Origin: Candidatus Hermodarchaeota archaeon
GTDB lineage: Archaea; Asgardarchaeota; Hermodarchaeia; Hermodarchaeales; Hermodarchaeaceae
NCBI GenBank assembly: GCA_016839805.1
Contig: JAEOTO010000036.1
Location: forward strand, 33,008 to 97,007
Reading direction: 5' to 3'
DNA: 64,000 nt
The notes below the pieces were generated by a model. It was not told where the DNA came from. It saw nothing but the letters and a program-made list of their open reading frames with translations, and made no database searches. Shown one piece after another: positions 1 through 10,335 of the stretch. The translations under genes and the position numbers were made by a program. Numbering within the stretch: position 1 is the stretch's first letter; each line of letters starts with the position of its first letter.

Positions 1-141
1 GAAGAGGAACTCGTTGACCTAGCCACCCTAGTTATCCAAAATCCCAAATATCTGACGAAAGGTCTTGATCAGGAAATCAATCAAGCTGTGGCCTACCTTT
101 ATGGGCTCAGCTCCAACGATGTAGAACTGCTTGAGGGATAG
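1..141 (+). CDS. 3-prime end of an ORF truncated by the window edge; product unknown (tail resembles DNA methyltransferase / R-M fusion C-termini)
   Basis: Frame 1 is open from base 1 to TAG 139-141: EEELVDLATLVIQNPKYLTKGLDQEINQAVAYLYGLSSNDVELLEG*. The Y-x-LYGLS-x-x-DV-x-LLE ending is typical of tails on many N6-adenine methylase / type IIG proteins. 46 aa is too short for an assignment. Confidence 0.3.
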   Translation, partial: EEELVDLATLVIQNPKYLTKGLDQEINQAVAYLYGLSSNDVELLEG

Positions 142-251
142 ATTTTTAAATTAGTACACTCCATCATTTTTCAATAATAACTCGTCTCATGTCGTGAGAT
201 AAAAAGATTAAAAAGCAAAAACCTACTATTTTCTCCTGAGAAAAATGAGAG

Positions 252-905
252 ATGGTGACCATGCAAAGTCAAGACGTAATTTCCTTCCAACCTGAACGAA
301 TTAAAATTATTCGAGATAAAAAAGCAATTGAAGCCTTATATGATCCCAATCATTATCCAATTATTAAGGCTCTTCGTAAAGGTCCAATGACCGTTCGAGA
401 AATTGAAAAAGCCTACAAGAAAGAAGCCAAAGGCATAGAAGATCTCGACGCCAAATCTGATAAAACCATTTATCGCTATTTGAAAGTTTTAGAGAAAGCT
501 GGTTTAGTTGTTCCGGCCGGTCAACGCGTGGTCATGGGAAAAACCGCAACTGAAACTCTGTTTGCTCGGACTGCTGAAGCTTTTCTTGGTGACGATACTA
601 GTAGTGAATACTGGGAAACTGATGCGGCAAAGCTCATCAGTAAAATCGTTGGGAAAATGCTCGGAAAATCATATGGTGATCGTACTCCTGATTTTGCTTG
701 CATGGAAAAGTTCATGCAAAAATGGGATCGTGAAACGAGTAAACAAACACTTGCAATTATGGAAACTGCAGATGAAGAACTCTACGATTTATTCGCTTCA
801 GTTGATTGGAAATCTAAGAATAAGGTTCTTTCCTTTGTGGGCAATTTTGCAGTTTTTTTAAACAAACCAAAACTCCTCGAAGCACTCAAAAATTGCTTCA
901 AATAA
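252..905 (+). CDS. winged helix-turn-helix (ArsR-like) transcriptional regulator with C-terminal helical extension
   Basis: 217-aa ORF. It has a wHTH-like stretch IIKALRKGPMTVREIEKAY...TIYRYLKVLEKAGLVVPAGQR. It is a paralog of the 13357-14106 product (shared GK.T.....RTAE.F motif after the wing). Confidence 0.6.
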   Translation: MVTMQSQDVISFQPERIKIIRDKKAIEALYDPNHYPIIKALRKGPMTVREIEKAYKKEAKGIEDLDAKSDKTIYRYLKVLEKAGLVVPAGQRVVMGKTATETLFARTAEAFLGDDTSSEYWETDAAKLISKIVGKMLGKSYGDRTPDFACMEKFMQKWDRETSKQTLAIMETADEELYDLFASVDWKSKNKVLSFVGNFAVFLNKPKLLEALKNCFK

Positions 906-1482
906 GAGTTTCAACGATTCGCATTCTTCAGGCAAGAATTACTTTTGTTTGTTTGCTTCTTCTTCCCCCATTAATTGACGACAATCCTCTGACAAGGTCA
1001 TTGTTCCATACTAGCTTTTAATCGTGCTTCCCGCTTGATGTGGCAGTTTATTTTTCTCGGCGAGTAAATTAACCTCTTTGAAACCGATACATTTATATTA
1101 TACTATAGAATAGTATTCTCGTCCTATAAGAAAATCAGGACATGTGATGGTAGAATAATAATGGTGAAAAAGAAAATTCGCTTCGATCGAGTCGGGGTTG
1201 GTGAACGGGCAGCACTCGGTTGTCGCAATCCTAATCCAACTCCTCACTTCCTTCGAGCATACAAAATCGTAACTTCACGAAAAGTTTCGAACTGGTAAAA
1301 GTCGAACATAGAAAGAATAGAGGCGGTGGTTAAGAATGGACTCCACAAATCACGTTAATCGTCAACTGGAATATGCAAGTTATCAGATACATATCGCACT
1401 TGTGACTCCCCGTAGATAAGTGAGCTCAATGTGTGAAGAGCTGAGGTACTTAGGAGCTTCTAATCAATGATGCTACTTAAAC

Positions 1483-1622
1483 GACGGGCCTTCCCGAAAT
1501 TCATGAATGTTCATGAAAATTCGTTGTCCTCCAGTAGGTCCACAAGCCTCAAGCAAGCCGAACAGGAAACGGGTGAAGCTCCTCAAACCTCTTGGTCGGC
1601 TCAAATGTATGGAAGGCCCGTC
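1483..1622. other. GC-rich 12-bp perfect inverted repeat enclosing an internal hairpin; candidate structured RNA or protein-binding element in a 1-kb non-coding gap
   Basis: gacgggccttcc (1483-1494) is the exact reverse complement of ggaaggcccgtc (1611-1622). Directly inside it, cgaa-a-TTCATGAA-tg-TTCATGAA-aa-ttcg (1495-1523) forms an imperfect hairpin. No credible ORF covers the region. Confidence 0.2.
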
Positions 1623-1958
1623 AATATTTCTTTCTTCTCAGTTTTATTTCATTCTTGCTTAAAGAAAAATGGTTTGTGTGTTTAATGGAAAAATTTGTTC
1701 AAATTTAGAGACTTCTGTCATTCTAGTGATCTTTGATGCTAAAACCCACTCATTGGAGCTGCCCCCGTCCACCCCTTATCGGGAGTTATTCACCGCAAAC
1801 ACGCCTCTCCCTATGTCCCAGCCAACTTTGGGTGGGTTTTGGCATCATGTTTTGTAACTATGATTCACGAAAGCAAAAGCTTTTTACATAATGTGAGATG
1901 GTATTCTCATTACTGTAGAAAATTAGGATTTTCGTTAATAAGAAATGTTCTCAAATAG

Positions 1959-3167
1959 GTGAAATTATTGAGCTCAAAAGTCTTTTTTGGTTCCATCCAA
2001 CAAGGAAGGGACTCTGCTTTTGCCTCGCTGGCTGCTAAGCTTGATAAACTCCTCGAACACCTTGATTTTTCCACAATCAAAAAACAAGACAAGGTCGCCG
2101 TCAAGATGCACCTTGGCTTCGCTGTTGGATATCAAACGGTACCCGTGTTCTTCGTCAGGCGCATTGTCAAAGCTGTGAAGGAGGCGGGTGGGTGGCCTTT
2201 CATTACCGATAATCCAACTGCCGTATATAACGCAGTTGACCGTGGCTATACGAAAGAAACCTGTGGTTGTCCGTTGATTCCCATTGCGGGAGTTAAGGAT
2301 GGTTACACTAAACGGGTCAAGGTGGACTTCCATAAGGTGAAATCCTTGGAAATGGGGGGTGTGATGAACGACGCCGATGTCCTCATTGATTTAACTCATG
2401 CAAAAGGACATGCCAATTGTGGTTATGGTGGTGCTGTGAAGAATATAGCTTTAGGTGGGTATGCTGCAACTTCGCGGTGGCATCGCATCCATGGCGTGGA
2501 GAATGTCTTCCCCTGGTGGGATCCAGATAAATGTACGCCTGAACATGCCCAGAAACTTGTGGAGACTTGTCCTTACAATGCCCTTGCTTATGATAAGAAA
2601 AAGCATAAGATGAATATTATGCGATTCGCGTGCCATTATGGTAATTGCAATGAATGTCTTAAAGCAGACAAAGACGTAGGCTGTCTCAATTTACAACCTG
2701 AACAATTTGAAGCCTTCCAAGAAATGATGGCTATCGCAGCCAAGCACGTATTGGGCACCTTCGACAAGGATAAACGCTTCTTCATCAATATCGCCTTAGA
2801 TATCACACCCCATTGCGATTGTGTGGGCATTATTCAACCCGCCGTAGTACCACATATTGGTATCTTAGCAAGCCGTGATATTGTAGCAATTGACCAAGCG
2901 ACACTCGATCTAATCGCGAAAAAAGGGTTAATTGACAGTGAGATTCCCCCATATTTCCGACATGTGAATCTAGATCCAAAAGCAGATTTACATCCGTTTC
3001 AACGGCTATGGGGTCCGTATAAGAATCCATACCTAGTCACAAAACATACAGAAAAGCTCAAGATGGGGACTCGGAAATACGAGCTCATAGAAGTTTTGCC
3101 ACCTGACGAAACTTTAACGATGAAGCCACCAAAGCAAACCTTTGAACGGGCACCCTCGTTTTATTAA
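1959..3167 (+). CDS. DUF362 domain protein (putative Fe-S binding)
   Basis: 402 aa with a GTG start. The N-terminal KVAVKMHLGF..GYQTVPVFFVRRIVKAVKEAGGWPFITDNPT pattern is typical of DUF362. A Cys-rich segment is present (CPYNALAY...CHYGNCNECL...HCDCVG). Confidence 0.7.
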   Translation: MKLLSSKVFFGSIQQGRDSAFASLAAKLDKLLEHLDFSTIKKQDKVAVKMHLGFAVGYQTVPVFFVRRIVKAVKEAGGWPFITDNPTAVYNAVDRGYTKETCGCPLIPIAGVKDGYTKRVKVDFHKVKSLEMGGVMNDADVLIDLTHAKGHANCGYGGAVKNIALGGYAATSRWHRIHGVENVFPWWDPDKCTPEHAQKLVETCPYNALAYDKKKHKMNIMRFACHYGNCNECLKADKDVGCLNLQPEQFEAFQEMMAIAAKHVLGTFDKDKRFFINIALDITPHCDCVGIIQPAVVPHIGILASRDIVAIDQATLDLIAKKGLIDSEIPPYFRHVNLDPKADLHPFQRLWGPYKNPYLVTKHTEKLKMGTRKYELIEVLPPDETLTMKPPKQTFERAPSFY

Positions 3168-3438
3168 ATCAATGGATAACTAGGGGCCCGTTTCGGGTCC
3201 TTGGCATTCATCTTTTTCAATATTAGATTTGAAAATAGTAATGGACGTGGTGAAAAGAAGAGTTTTTATAAGCTCGAATTAGTGATGTTGGTTGAGGCTT
3301 GAGCAGATGACAGGTGTTCACTTTCCTAGTTACCTACCAATCGTTTAAGACCATCCACTCCATTTTTACTGCTCAACGTCTTCTATGTTCACTATCAAAT
3401 TATTCCACGAGTGGTGGCCTCCAACGGCAGGTGAAATC

Positions 3439-4944
3439 ATGACTAAAAAGACAAAGAAACAGTCCACGAAAAAAAATGCAGATCAAGAGGAAATTGTCAC
3501 CTTCCACTACGACAAGGTCGATGATTTTTCCACTTGGTTTACTGAAATCAACAAACGTGCGGAACTCTCCGACCAACGCTATGGCGTCAAAGGGTTGGTG
3601 GTCTTCCGTGCCTGGACAACTGTGACACTAAAAATCATGTACCGGTTGCTCGAGGAAGATTTAGAACGTCACGGACATCTCCCCGTTATTTTCCCTGCCC
3701 TGGTTCCCGAATCAAATCTCATCAAAGAGGCTGAGCACGTTGAGGGGTTTGCCCCGGAAGTGTTTTGGTGTACACGGTCAGGCGCCGATAATATCTTCGA
3801 GGAACCGTTAGCGCTGCGTCCGACGAGCGAGTCGGCTATGTATCCATTGTACGCTCTATGGATTCGAAGTTGGCGGGACCTCCCATTCAAGCGTTATCAA
3901 AGTGTGGCGATTTGGCGTTTTGATACGAAGATGACCCGACCTTTCCTACGGGGACGGGAATTTTACTGGATCGAAGCTCACAATGTTTTTTCGACTGCAA
4001 AAGAGGCAGAAGAGCAGGTGCTCGAAGATTTGGCGATAACGAAGAACTTCGTGGAAGGCCACCTGGCTATGCCAATCCTTGTACTCATACGTCCGCAATG
4101 GGACAAGTTCCCTGGTGCCGTCTATACCATTGCTGGTGAATCGATTTTACCAAATGGACGGTTCATTCAGAACTCAACCAGTCATATGCTAGGCGATAAC
4201 TTCGCACATGCATACAATGTCAAATTTGTTGATGAAAACGAGGAAGAACAATACGCACAGCAGACCTGTTTTGGTCCAGGCATAAGTCGCATGTATGGGG
4301 GACTCATTATCATGCACGGCGATGATGATGGTCTAATCTTCCCCTTCAGTCTAGCCCCAATACAAGTCATCATCATCCCGATTCCGAAAAAGGGTGCAAA
4401 GAAAGCAGTGGAAAAGCGCTGCCAAGAACTAGAGGCAACACTGCGCAAAGCTGGATTCAGGGTCCATTTCGACAACACAGAGAAACGACCTGGCGATAAG
4501 TACTATCATTGGGAGATGCGTGGTGTCCCACTGCGCCTTGAAATCGGAAACCGTGAAGTCCAGGACAATTCAGCGACCATCTTTCGACGGGACCTTCGAA
4601 CACGAGAAACGAGTTCAGTTGATAATCTAGCCAAAACCGTTAAGAAAGCTGGAAATGCAGTCACAAAGGAACTGTGGCGCCGAGCAAAGAAGCATTTCGA
4701 TAACTCATTTCAAAACGCGGACACCTTCGAGGAAATCTGTGAAATCATCAGCCAAAACAAAGCTGCACGCATTAATTTCTGCACCTTAGAAATAAAAGGC
4801 TTGGCGTGTGCAGAAATGGTTAAGGAGGCGACTGGCGCAGATATTCGTGGGGTGAAACTGGGTGAAGACGAGAAACCATGGGGGTCCTGTCCAATGTGTG
4901 GAGAACCAGCGACAGTCGTAGCCTATGTAGGAAAATCGTATTAG
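3439..4944 (+). CDS. proS: proline--tRNA ligase, archaeal/eukaryotic type
   Basis: Class II aaRS motifs are present (LALRPTSE, RPFLRGREFYWIEAH). There is a C-terminal Zn-binding CPMCGEP segment and a terminal Tyr. I moved the start from 3385 to the ATG at 3439, which has GGTGA 5 nt upstream. Confidence 0.9.
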   Translation: MTKKTKKQSTKKNADQEEIVTFHYDKVDDFSTWFTEINKRAELSDQRYGVKGLVVFRAWTTVTLKIMYRLLEEDLERHGHLPVIFPALVPESNLIKEAEHVEGFAPEVFWCTRSGADNIFEEPLALRPTSESAMYPLYALWIRSWRDLPFKRYQSVAIWRFDTKMTRPFLRGREFYWIEAHNVFSTAKEAEEQVLEDLAITKNFVEGHLAMPILVLIRPQWDKFPGAVYTIAGESILPNGRFIQNSTSHMLGDNFAHAYNVKFVDENEEEQYAQQTCFGPGISRMYGGLIIMHGDDDGLIFPFSLAPIQVIIIPIPKKGAKKAVEKRCQELEATLRKAGFRVHFDNTEKRPGDKYYHWEMRGVPLRLEIGNREVQDNSATIFRRDLRTRETSSVDNLAKTVKKAGNAVTKELWRRAKKHFDNSFQNADTFEEICEIISQNKAARINFCTLEIKGLACAEMVKEATGADIRGVKLGEDEKPWGSCPMCGEPATVVAYVGKSY

Positions 4945-5354
4945 TTGCTAGTTCTGGAATGCGTCTCCATCCAACGCCGCATTGCCGGATACCGACCTGG
5001 TACTGTACGTTCAATATAGGTAAAAACAGTGTAAAGAAGATCTCGGTCAAATTCGGGACCAAACGCTACATCCTGAACCCCATCATCACCATAGAAAAAG
5101 ATGTTTTCGCTTGGTTTAACGGTGATACTGGCTTCATTTCCTTCGATGTAATAGTCCCAACGGATGAAGAGCTGAATAAAGAAATTGCGGTCTAAGGGGC
5201 GCTCAACTGTAATGTTTGCATAGCCGGAAGCTGTCACTTCGATTTCCAAATTACCCAGAAAAATAGTGTCCCCTTGGATGAGCGGCTCAGCTCTAGATAA
5301 GAGGGACAGAAGCGCTTCTTTGCTAGTTTGTTTAATGACTTGGTTGGTTGACAA
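4941..5354 (-). CDS. hypothetical protein
   Basis: 137-aa ORF with ordinary amino-acid composition and no recognisable motif. Its stop overlaps the proS stop by 4 nt (convergent). The competing + strand ORF 4878-5195 looks less protein-like. Confidence 0.4.
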   Translation of the reverse strand: MSTNQVIKQTSKEALLSLLSRAEPLIQGDTIFLGNLEIEVTASGYANITVERPLDRNFFIQLFIRWDYYIEGNEASITVKPSENIFFYGDDGVQDVAFGPEFDRDLLYTVFTYIERTVPGRYPAMRRWMETHSRTSN

Positions 5355-5452
5355 ACCCGATATCCCATTTTATCAATACAACAATGGTATTTCACTATTA
5401 CGTTTCACTTCAAGAACACTAAAAGCAGCTATAAGAAAATTTAAATTGATTT

Positions 5453-5926
5453 TTAGTCGTTTGAGTCGGTGTCTAATGCCTGAAGAAGGTCATGAGCAAG
5501 CCCAGTAGTGGTTCGCACAATATCACGACAACGCGTTTCCCATAGCTGCTGGTCCTTGTAGATTTTTCTGTCCTCCGCGCGATGTAAATTTAATCCGATA
5601 AGGTCTCGACACCGAATATGGCTAAACCAGGCAACAAACAAATTGACAATATTAGTGCTAAACCCATAAGGGGGTGTATCCGGAGGTGTCTCCGATACTA
5701 ATGTACGGCCAAACCGAAGTCCTAATCCCATTACGGCACCAGACAGGGCTCCACACACTTCACCATGCCGACCAATCCCCGCCCCAAAACCTGTAGCAAT
5801 TTTGGGGATAACCTCGCTTTGAATATTCAGATACTGGCTTAAAGCTAATAAAACTGCCTCAGAACATAAGTATCCCTGTTCAGTAAATTGCTCAGCTAGG
5901 CTCATAATTTCCTTTTTTGATAGCAT
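5453..5926 (-). CDS. C_GCAxxG_C_C family redox-active protein
   Basis: GYLCSEAVLLAL ... GFGAGIGRHGEVCGALSGAVMGLGL ... CRD matches the characteristic Cys spacing of this family. Confidence 0.75.
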   Translation of the reverse strand: MLSKKEIMSLAEQFTEQGYLCSEAVLLALSQYLNIQSEVIPKIATGFGAGIGRHGEVCGALSGAVMGLGLRFGRTLVSETPPDTPPYGFSTNIVNLFVAWFSHIRCRDLIGLNLHRAEDRKIYKDQQLWETRCRDIVRTTTGLAHDLLQALDTDSND

Positions 5927-5965
5927 ATGAGGTCTCCTTTAGTTGACGTGCAATGTTTCCTAAAA

Positions 5966-8005
5966 CTAGTTTGTGGTTTTGTCAGGTGATGTTGCATCGT
6001 TGGAATTCCTTGTCTCAGATGAGTTATTTGGCGGATCACGACGATAGTGCCAAAGAATAACTCCTAAAATTACTAGCCAAATTGGGAGGATCCAAAATTG
6101 TAATCCAGGTGAAAGGAATGATACAATTACCTGGCTAATTGCTGCTCCCGCGATGAACCCCACTGCAATAACCTGTCCACGCTTGGCAAACCATTCTTTA
6201 CCATATTTTTTATCGGTGTATAAGCGGATGAACCCACCAATTGAGAAGGGGATGAAATAAGATGGTGGCAAGAACATGGCTAGTGCTACCCCCAGATATG
6301 AAATAGGAAAAAAGGTTGCTAGAACACCGACGATTCCCCCTGCAACAAGGAACGCAATGAAGTCAAATCCAGCTCCCGTTGCAGTGGTCGCAAAAATCGA
6401 AACGATGGCAAAGCCTTGCAGCACTCCTACGGCTGGAAAGGTCTCCGTAGGAAACCCGATTAAATACCACGCCGCAAGGACAAATATAACGCTCGTTATG
6501 ACCCCCGGAAAAATCTTGATGAGCTGAGCGATAAGGACCGAGCGACGAGGAGTATCCGTCATACCACCAATCTTCATATTACCTAATAAGTCGGTTGTCG
6601 TGAAGGGATTAATCGCGGGATATGCTAGAAACGGAACATACCCTTGAACTCCGATCATGGCAAGAGGAATTTCGTAAAAAGCAAGACGTTGAACGCCCAT
6701 ACCAATTCCAGCTTCTCCAACAAATTTGACCAAAACGAAGGTATCAATTAATGCTATAGGTAAGAGTAACACAATTGCGATTAGTACGCTGACCCACATT
6801 GGATAGGATGAAAATACGTTGAGACCAACAATTACTGCAATGAAAATTAATAAAATACTTAGATATGCTAGCCCCAATCGTCGCTTCCGAACTAATCCTA
6901 ATATGTAGCTTTTAGCATAATCACCAAACCCTACGGTATTTCCCTCCGTTTCGTCGGTTATAGATTGCGTAGTATTTTCTCCAGACTTTCTAGCCTTTAG
7001 GAGTCTTCGAATACCAAAAACAATTAACCCACTGAGGAGCATAATCCCCAAAGCTGGACTAAGCATATATTGGAATAGGAGATTGAAGTACATCTCCATA
7101 CCAGTGAATCCCGGTGTGACTACACCTAAGGTTACCAAGATTGGTGAAATCACTGCATAGGTGATAATCCCGGCTACGAGCATTGTAATGGAAACTTTTG
7201 GGTCAATAATGAATGAAATAGCTAAGAGGCTGATATTTAGAATGAAACCCAAAGCAAATCCAGAAAGAAGAAACGGGGTAAAGTCCCAACTTATCGTTGT
7301 GAATCCAAAGGGCATTACTAACAAATTGATAAAATATTGCAAAATTGTAACAAAAATTCCGATTCCAAGCCAACGAAACATAAAGCGACTTTGTTGTCCG
7401 GCTTCCATACAAGTATTAATGGTCACACCACTTGCGAGATAGAACGGGAATTTTGTTTGTTTCCGGGTTTGAATGTAATCCACTACTGCTAAGGCTGCAA
7501 TAAACCCAAGGAGTGTTGATAGAAACACAAAACCGAGGTGGAAGAGAATTGGGGGTATCCAGCTGGGATCGAACGGACTTCCATAGAGTAGCACATCTTT
7601 GGATGGGACAAGCCAAAATGGTAGAGTATACACAGTATACGCTTGCACATACATGGAAATAGTTAGCATATAATACACGACGAAACCTGTAGAAGCAATC
7701 ATGGTTGTAGCAATTTCTTGGCGATTCGAACCACCGCGTGCAACATGAAATAAGGTATATGCTGTTAGAACGGTGACAATGCCAAAGCCCAGACCAAATC
7801 CGAAGTTAATGCCGAGATAAGCGTTGATGGTCGTATACACCACATTAAGAACGACTGCTAGCATGATGCCCCGAAGCGTAATGCTTTGCATCGAAGGGTT
7901 TTTTGAAGGTTTGTCCAGGCCTTTTTCACTGGTCTCACAGAAAGGATCAGGCTGATGTTGACCGGGTCCTAATTCCTCATCACGCAAGGGTTCAGAATCA
8001 GTCAT
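5966..8005 (-). CDS. OPT-family oligopeptide transporter (polytopic membrane protein)
   Basis: 679 aa with many TM segments. After a polar N-terminal extension there is an OPT-like N-terminal pattern, ITLRGIMLAVVLNVVYTTINAYLGINFGFGLG. Confidence 0.7.
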   Translation of the reverse strand: MTDSEPLRDEELGPGQHQPDPFCETSEKGLDKPSKNPSMQSITLRGIMLAVVLNVVYTTINAYLGINFGFGLGFGIVTVLTAYTLFHVARGGSNRQEIATTMIASTGFVVYYMLTISMYVQAYTVYTLPFWLVPSKDVLLYGSPFDPSWIPPILFHLGFVFLSTLLGFIAALAVVDYIQTRKQTKFPFYLASGVTINTCMEAGQQSRFMFRWLGIGIFVTILQYFINLLVMPFGFTTISWDFTPFLLSGFALGFILNISLLAISFIIDPKVSITMLVAGIITYAVISPILVTLGVVTPGFTGMEMYFNLLFQYMLSPALGIMLLSGLIVFGIRRLLKARKSGENTTQSITDETEGNTVGFGDYAKSYILGLVRKRRLGLAYLSILLIFIAVIVGLNVFSSYPMWVSVLIAIVLLLPIALIDTFVLVKFVGEAGIGMGVQRLAFYEIPLAMIGVQGYVPFLAYPAINPFTTTDLLGNMKIGGMTDTPRRSVLIAQLIKIFPGVITSVIFVLAAWYLIGFPTETFPAVGVLQGFAIVSIFATTATGAGFDFIAFLVAGGIVGVLATFFPISYLGVALAMFLPPSYFIPFSIGGFIRLYTDKKYGKEWFAKRGQVIAVGFIAGAAISQVIVSFLSPGLQFWILPIWLVILGVILWHYRRDPPNNSSETRNSNDATSPDKTTN

Positions 8006-8265
8006 GAAAAGCTCCTCAATATTCTAATAACGGTTAGGAGGTCTGTGATTCTGCACATTGCGTTTCAAGATATACAAATGCGTTGTGAAGATTTCATAAT
8101 AACGCATAATTCATCACCAAATCTGTAAAGACCTGGTCATAGTACAAAGAAAATCCGTGAAAAACTGCTCAAAACACTGGTCACTATCTGAGCACTTTGA
8201 GAAATCGTAAAACAGTGCTACTCAAATACTAAGACCTCCTTTTCCGATTAGAGGACTGACTTTTC

Positions 8266-9441
8266 ATGATTAATTTTCAACTCACAGATGACCAACTAGC
8301 CCTTCAGGAAAAAGCCCGAGAATTTGCATTAAATGAAGTTCTTCCGATTTCACAGCACTATGATCAAACTGGTGAATTTCCTCGTAAGATTATTGCTAGG
8401 GCGCACAAAGCAGGTCTCATGAATTTAGGTATACCCAAAGAATATGGTGGTCCAGATTATGGATCCCTAGATTCAGTCTTGGTTGTGGAAGAATTTTCAG
8501 CAGCTTGTGCTGGCATGACGACCTCCATTTACGTTAACGATCTCGGTCTAGCCCCTATTATACTGGGGGGAAGTGAAGCACAAAAACAGAAGTGGCTACC
8601 ACCACTCACCAAAGAGCTCCGCTTCGTCTCCTTTGCTACTAGTGAACCAGGCATGGGTTCAGACGTCGCTGGTATCAAATGTAGTTATGAACGAAAAGGT
8701 GATGATTTCATTCTCAATGGGAACAAGTTCTGGATTACTAACGGCAATCACGCTGACTTATTCGTCATCTTTGCTCGACAAACGGGCAGTGAACGTCATA
8801 CTGGATTGTCTGCATTCATTGTTCCAGCAGATACTGAAGGGCTCTCAACTGGGAAACCCTTGAAAAAGCTGGGTCATCGGGCCTCAGATACTGCTGCTGT
8901 CATCTTAAGGGATGTCAAAGTGCCTGCAGAAAATCTTCTCAGCACCGAAGGAATGGGCTTTCTATTAGCGATGATGACCTTTGTCAAAACCCGCCCCGCC
9001 ATCGGTGCCATGGCTACTGGTCTCGCTCGATCTGCCATGGAATATGCTATAAACTTCGCAAAACAACGAGAGGCTTTTGGTAAGAAAATCAGCAGCTTCC
9101 AAGCCATCCAAGACATGACAGCTGATATGTATGCTCGGATTGAAGCCATACGTCTCCTTACCTGGAAAGCTGCATGGATGGTCGACCAAAAAACTGATGG
9201 TAACCTCGCCAACGTAGCCTCATCTTGTGCCAAACTAATCGGTGCTGAAGATGCCATGAAAATCGTTACCGATGCTCTCCAAATCTATGGTGGTAAAGGC
9301 TACCTTGAACAATATCCCATCCAAAAACTCTTCCGCGATGCCAAACTCTACCAAATCTATGAAGGAACGTCGCAAATTCAGCGGTACGTAATTTCACGGT
9401 ATCTCTTTAAAGAATATAATCCGATAATGAAGAATTTTTAA
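8266..9441 (+). CDS. acyl-CoA dehydrogenase
   Basis: 391 aa, with ATSEPGMGSDVAGIKC, FWITNG, and the C-terminal QIYGGKGY..P.QKLFRDAKLYQIYEGTSQIQR signature. Confidence 0.9.
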   Translation: MINFQLTDDQLALQEKAREFALNEVLPISQHYDQTGEFPRKIIARAHKAGLMNLGIPKEYGGPDYGSLDSVLVVEEFSAACAGMTTSIYVNDLGLAPIILGGSEAQKQKWLPPLTKELRFVSFATSEPGMGSDVAGIKCSYERKGDDFILNGNKFWITNGNHADLFVIFARQTGSERHTGLSAFIVPADTEGLSTGKPLKKLGHRASDTAAVILRDVKVPAENLLSTEGMGFLLAMMTFVKTRPAIGAMATGLARSAMEYAINFAKQREAFGKKISSFQAIQDMTADMYARIEAIRLLTWKAAWMVDQKTDGNLANVASSCAKLIGAEDAMKIVTDALQIYGGKGYLEQYPIQKLFRDAKLYQIYEGTSQIQRYVISRYLFKEYNPIMKNF

Positions 9442-9581
9442 TTGACTTGAATGCCGTAACAATAAGAAAGAATGCATGGGGAAGTCTTCACAAGGTCTAG
9501 GTGAGTTCCCTCATACTTTGTTATTTCTTCCACTCGGGTATCTTTGTTATGTATTCGTCGACATGCTTTTTTACTGCAAAT

Positions 9582-10244
9582 TCACGATCGGTATTTGATT
9601 ATTAACGAAATGATAGCATGGGCAATTTCATTCGCGAGATCACCGATTCTTCCAAGAAGTTTGATAACATCATGCAAAATCACAAACGTTGAAGTTTTTA
9701 TTTTATATTTCATCAGAAGCTTAAGTGTTTCAAACTCAACATTCCGGTTCTTTTTACGAATGGGTCGTACCTTGTGCGCTTCATCCATAGCAGAATCAAA
9801 GTCTGTACTTAGAAAGATGATACTATTCGCAACCGCTTCTGTAGCCTCAAGGCAATTATGACCCATTTCACTTAGTTTCTCCTTAATTGGTAATTTTATA
9901 GGCTCATCAATAAGCCGGAATTTTCGAACAACGATTTCACTTCGATCCGCAATGTCATCCATTTTTTCAACTAGCGAATATCGCTCGCTACTAGTCACCG
10001 GAAGTGCCGTTGTCCGAAGTTTTTCATCAATGCGTTCTTCAAATCGATCTGCTTCAGATTCTAACACTAGCACACGTTCAGCAAGTGCCTTTTCTTCCTT
10101 ATGGAGGCGGTCATCAGCCTTTTTCTTCAAAATAATATCAAGGTATTTACTAAGTGCTGTCACTGTGTCCAAAATAATCTTGGTGTATTCACTGATGAGT
10201 TCGCTAATTTCTTTCTCCTCTTTTTTTCTCCACAATCTTGACAC
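9582..10244 (-). CDS. DUF47 / PhoU-like phosphate transport regulator (PiT accessory protein)
   Basis: 220-aa all-helical protein with duplicated LESEADR / DDIADRSE-type motifs. It sits directly upstream of a PiT transporter, which is the conserved DUF47-PiT pairing. Confidence 0.7.
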   Translation of the reverse strand: MSRLWRKKEEKEISELISEYTKIILDTVTALSKYLDIILKKKADDRLHKEEKALAERVLVLESEADRFEERIDEKLRTTALPVTSSERYSLVEKMDDIADRSEIVVRKFRLIDEPIKLPIKEKLSEMGHNCLEATEAVANSIIFLSTDFDSAMDEAHKVRPIRKKNRNVEFETLKLLMKYKIKTSTFVILHDVIKLLGRIGDLANEIAHAIISLIIKYRS

Positions 10245-10335
10245 CTGAACGCGAGTTTTGGGATTTTCTAGTCTAAAATACTTTGTATAGCATGGTAATT
10301 GTGCCTAAATAAAAACCATACTGAAACAGCTTTAA

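Noticed and set aside
1100-1650. SRP RNA or RNase P RNA in the 1-kb gap (prompted by AGGCGGTGG at about 1320 and GCCGAAC..GGTGAAGC around 1555-1580)
   Set aside because: On neither strand could I find the universally conserved elements: the SRP helix-8 GGAA tetraloop with AGCA-type flanks, or the RNase P P4 GAGGAAAGUCC / ACAGAA motifs. The 5-prime and 3-prime ends do not pair. It remains only an unassigned structured-element candidate.
1467-1857. ORFs 1467-1685 and 1669-1857 as protein genes
   Set aside because: The composition and sequence look non-protein-like, there is no SD-like motif, and they overlap the inverted-repeat structure. I treated the region as non-coding or of unknown function instead.
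4941-4944. 4-nt overlap of the convergent stop codons of proS and the 137-aa ORF, as a possible sign of antisense regulation
   Set aside because: Short convergent overlaps are common in compact genomes, and the coding status of the 137-aa ORF is itself uncertain.
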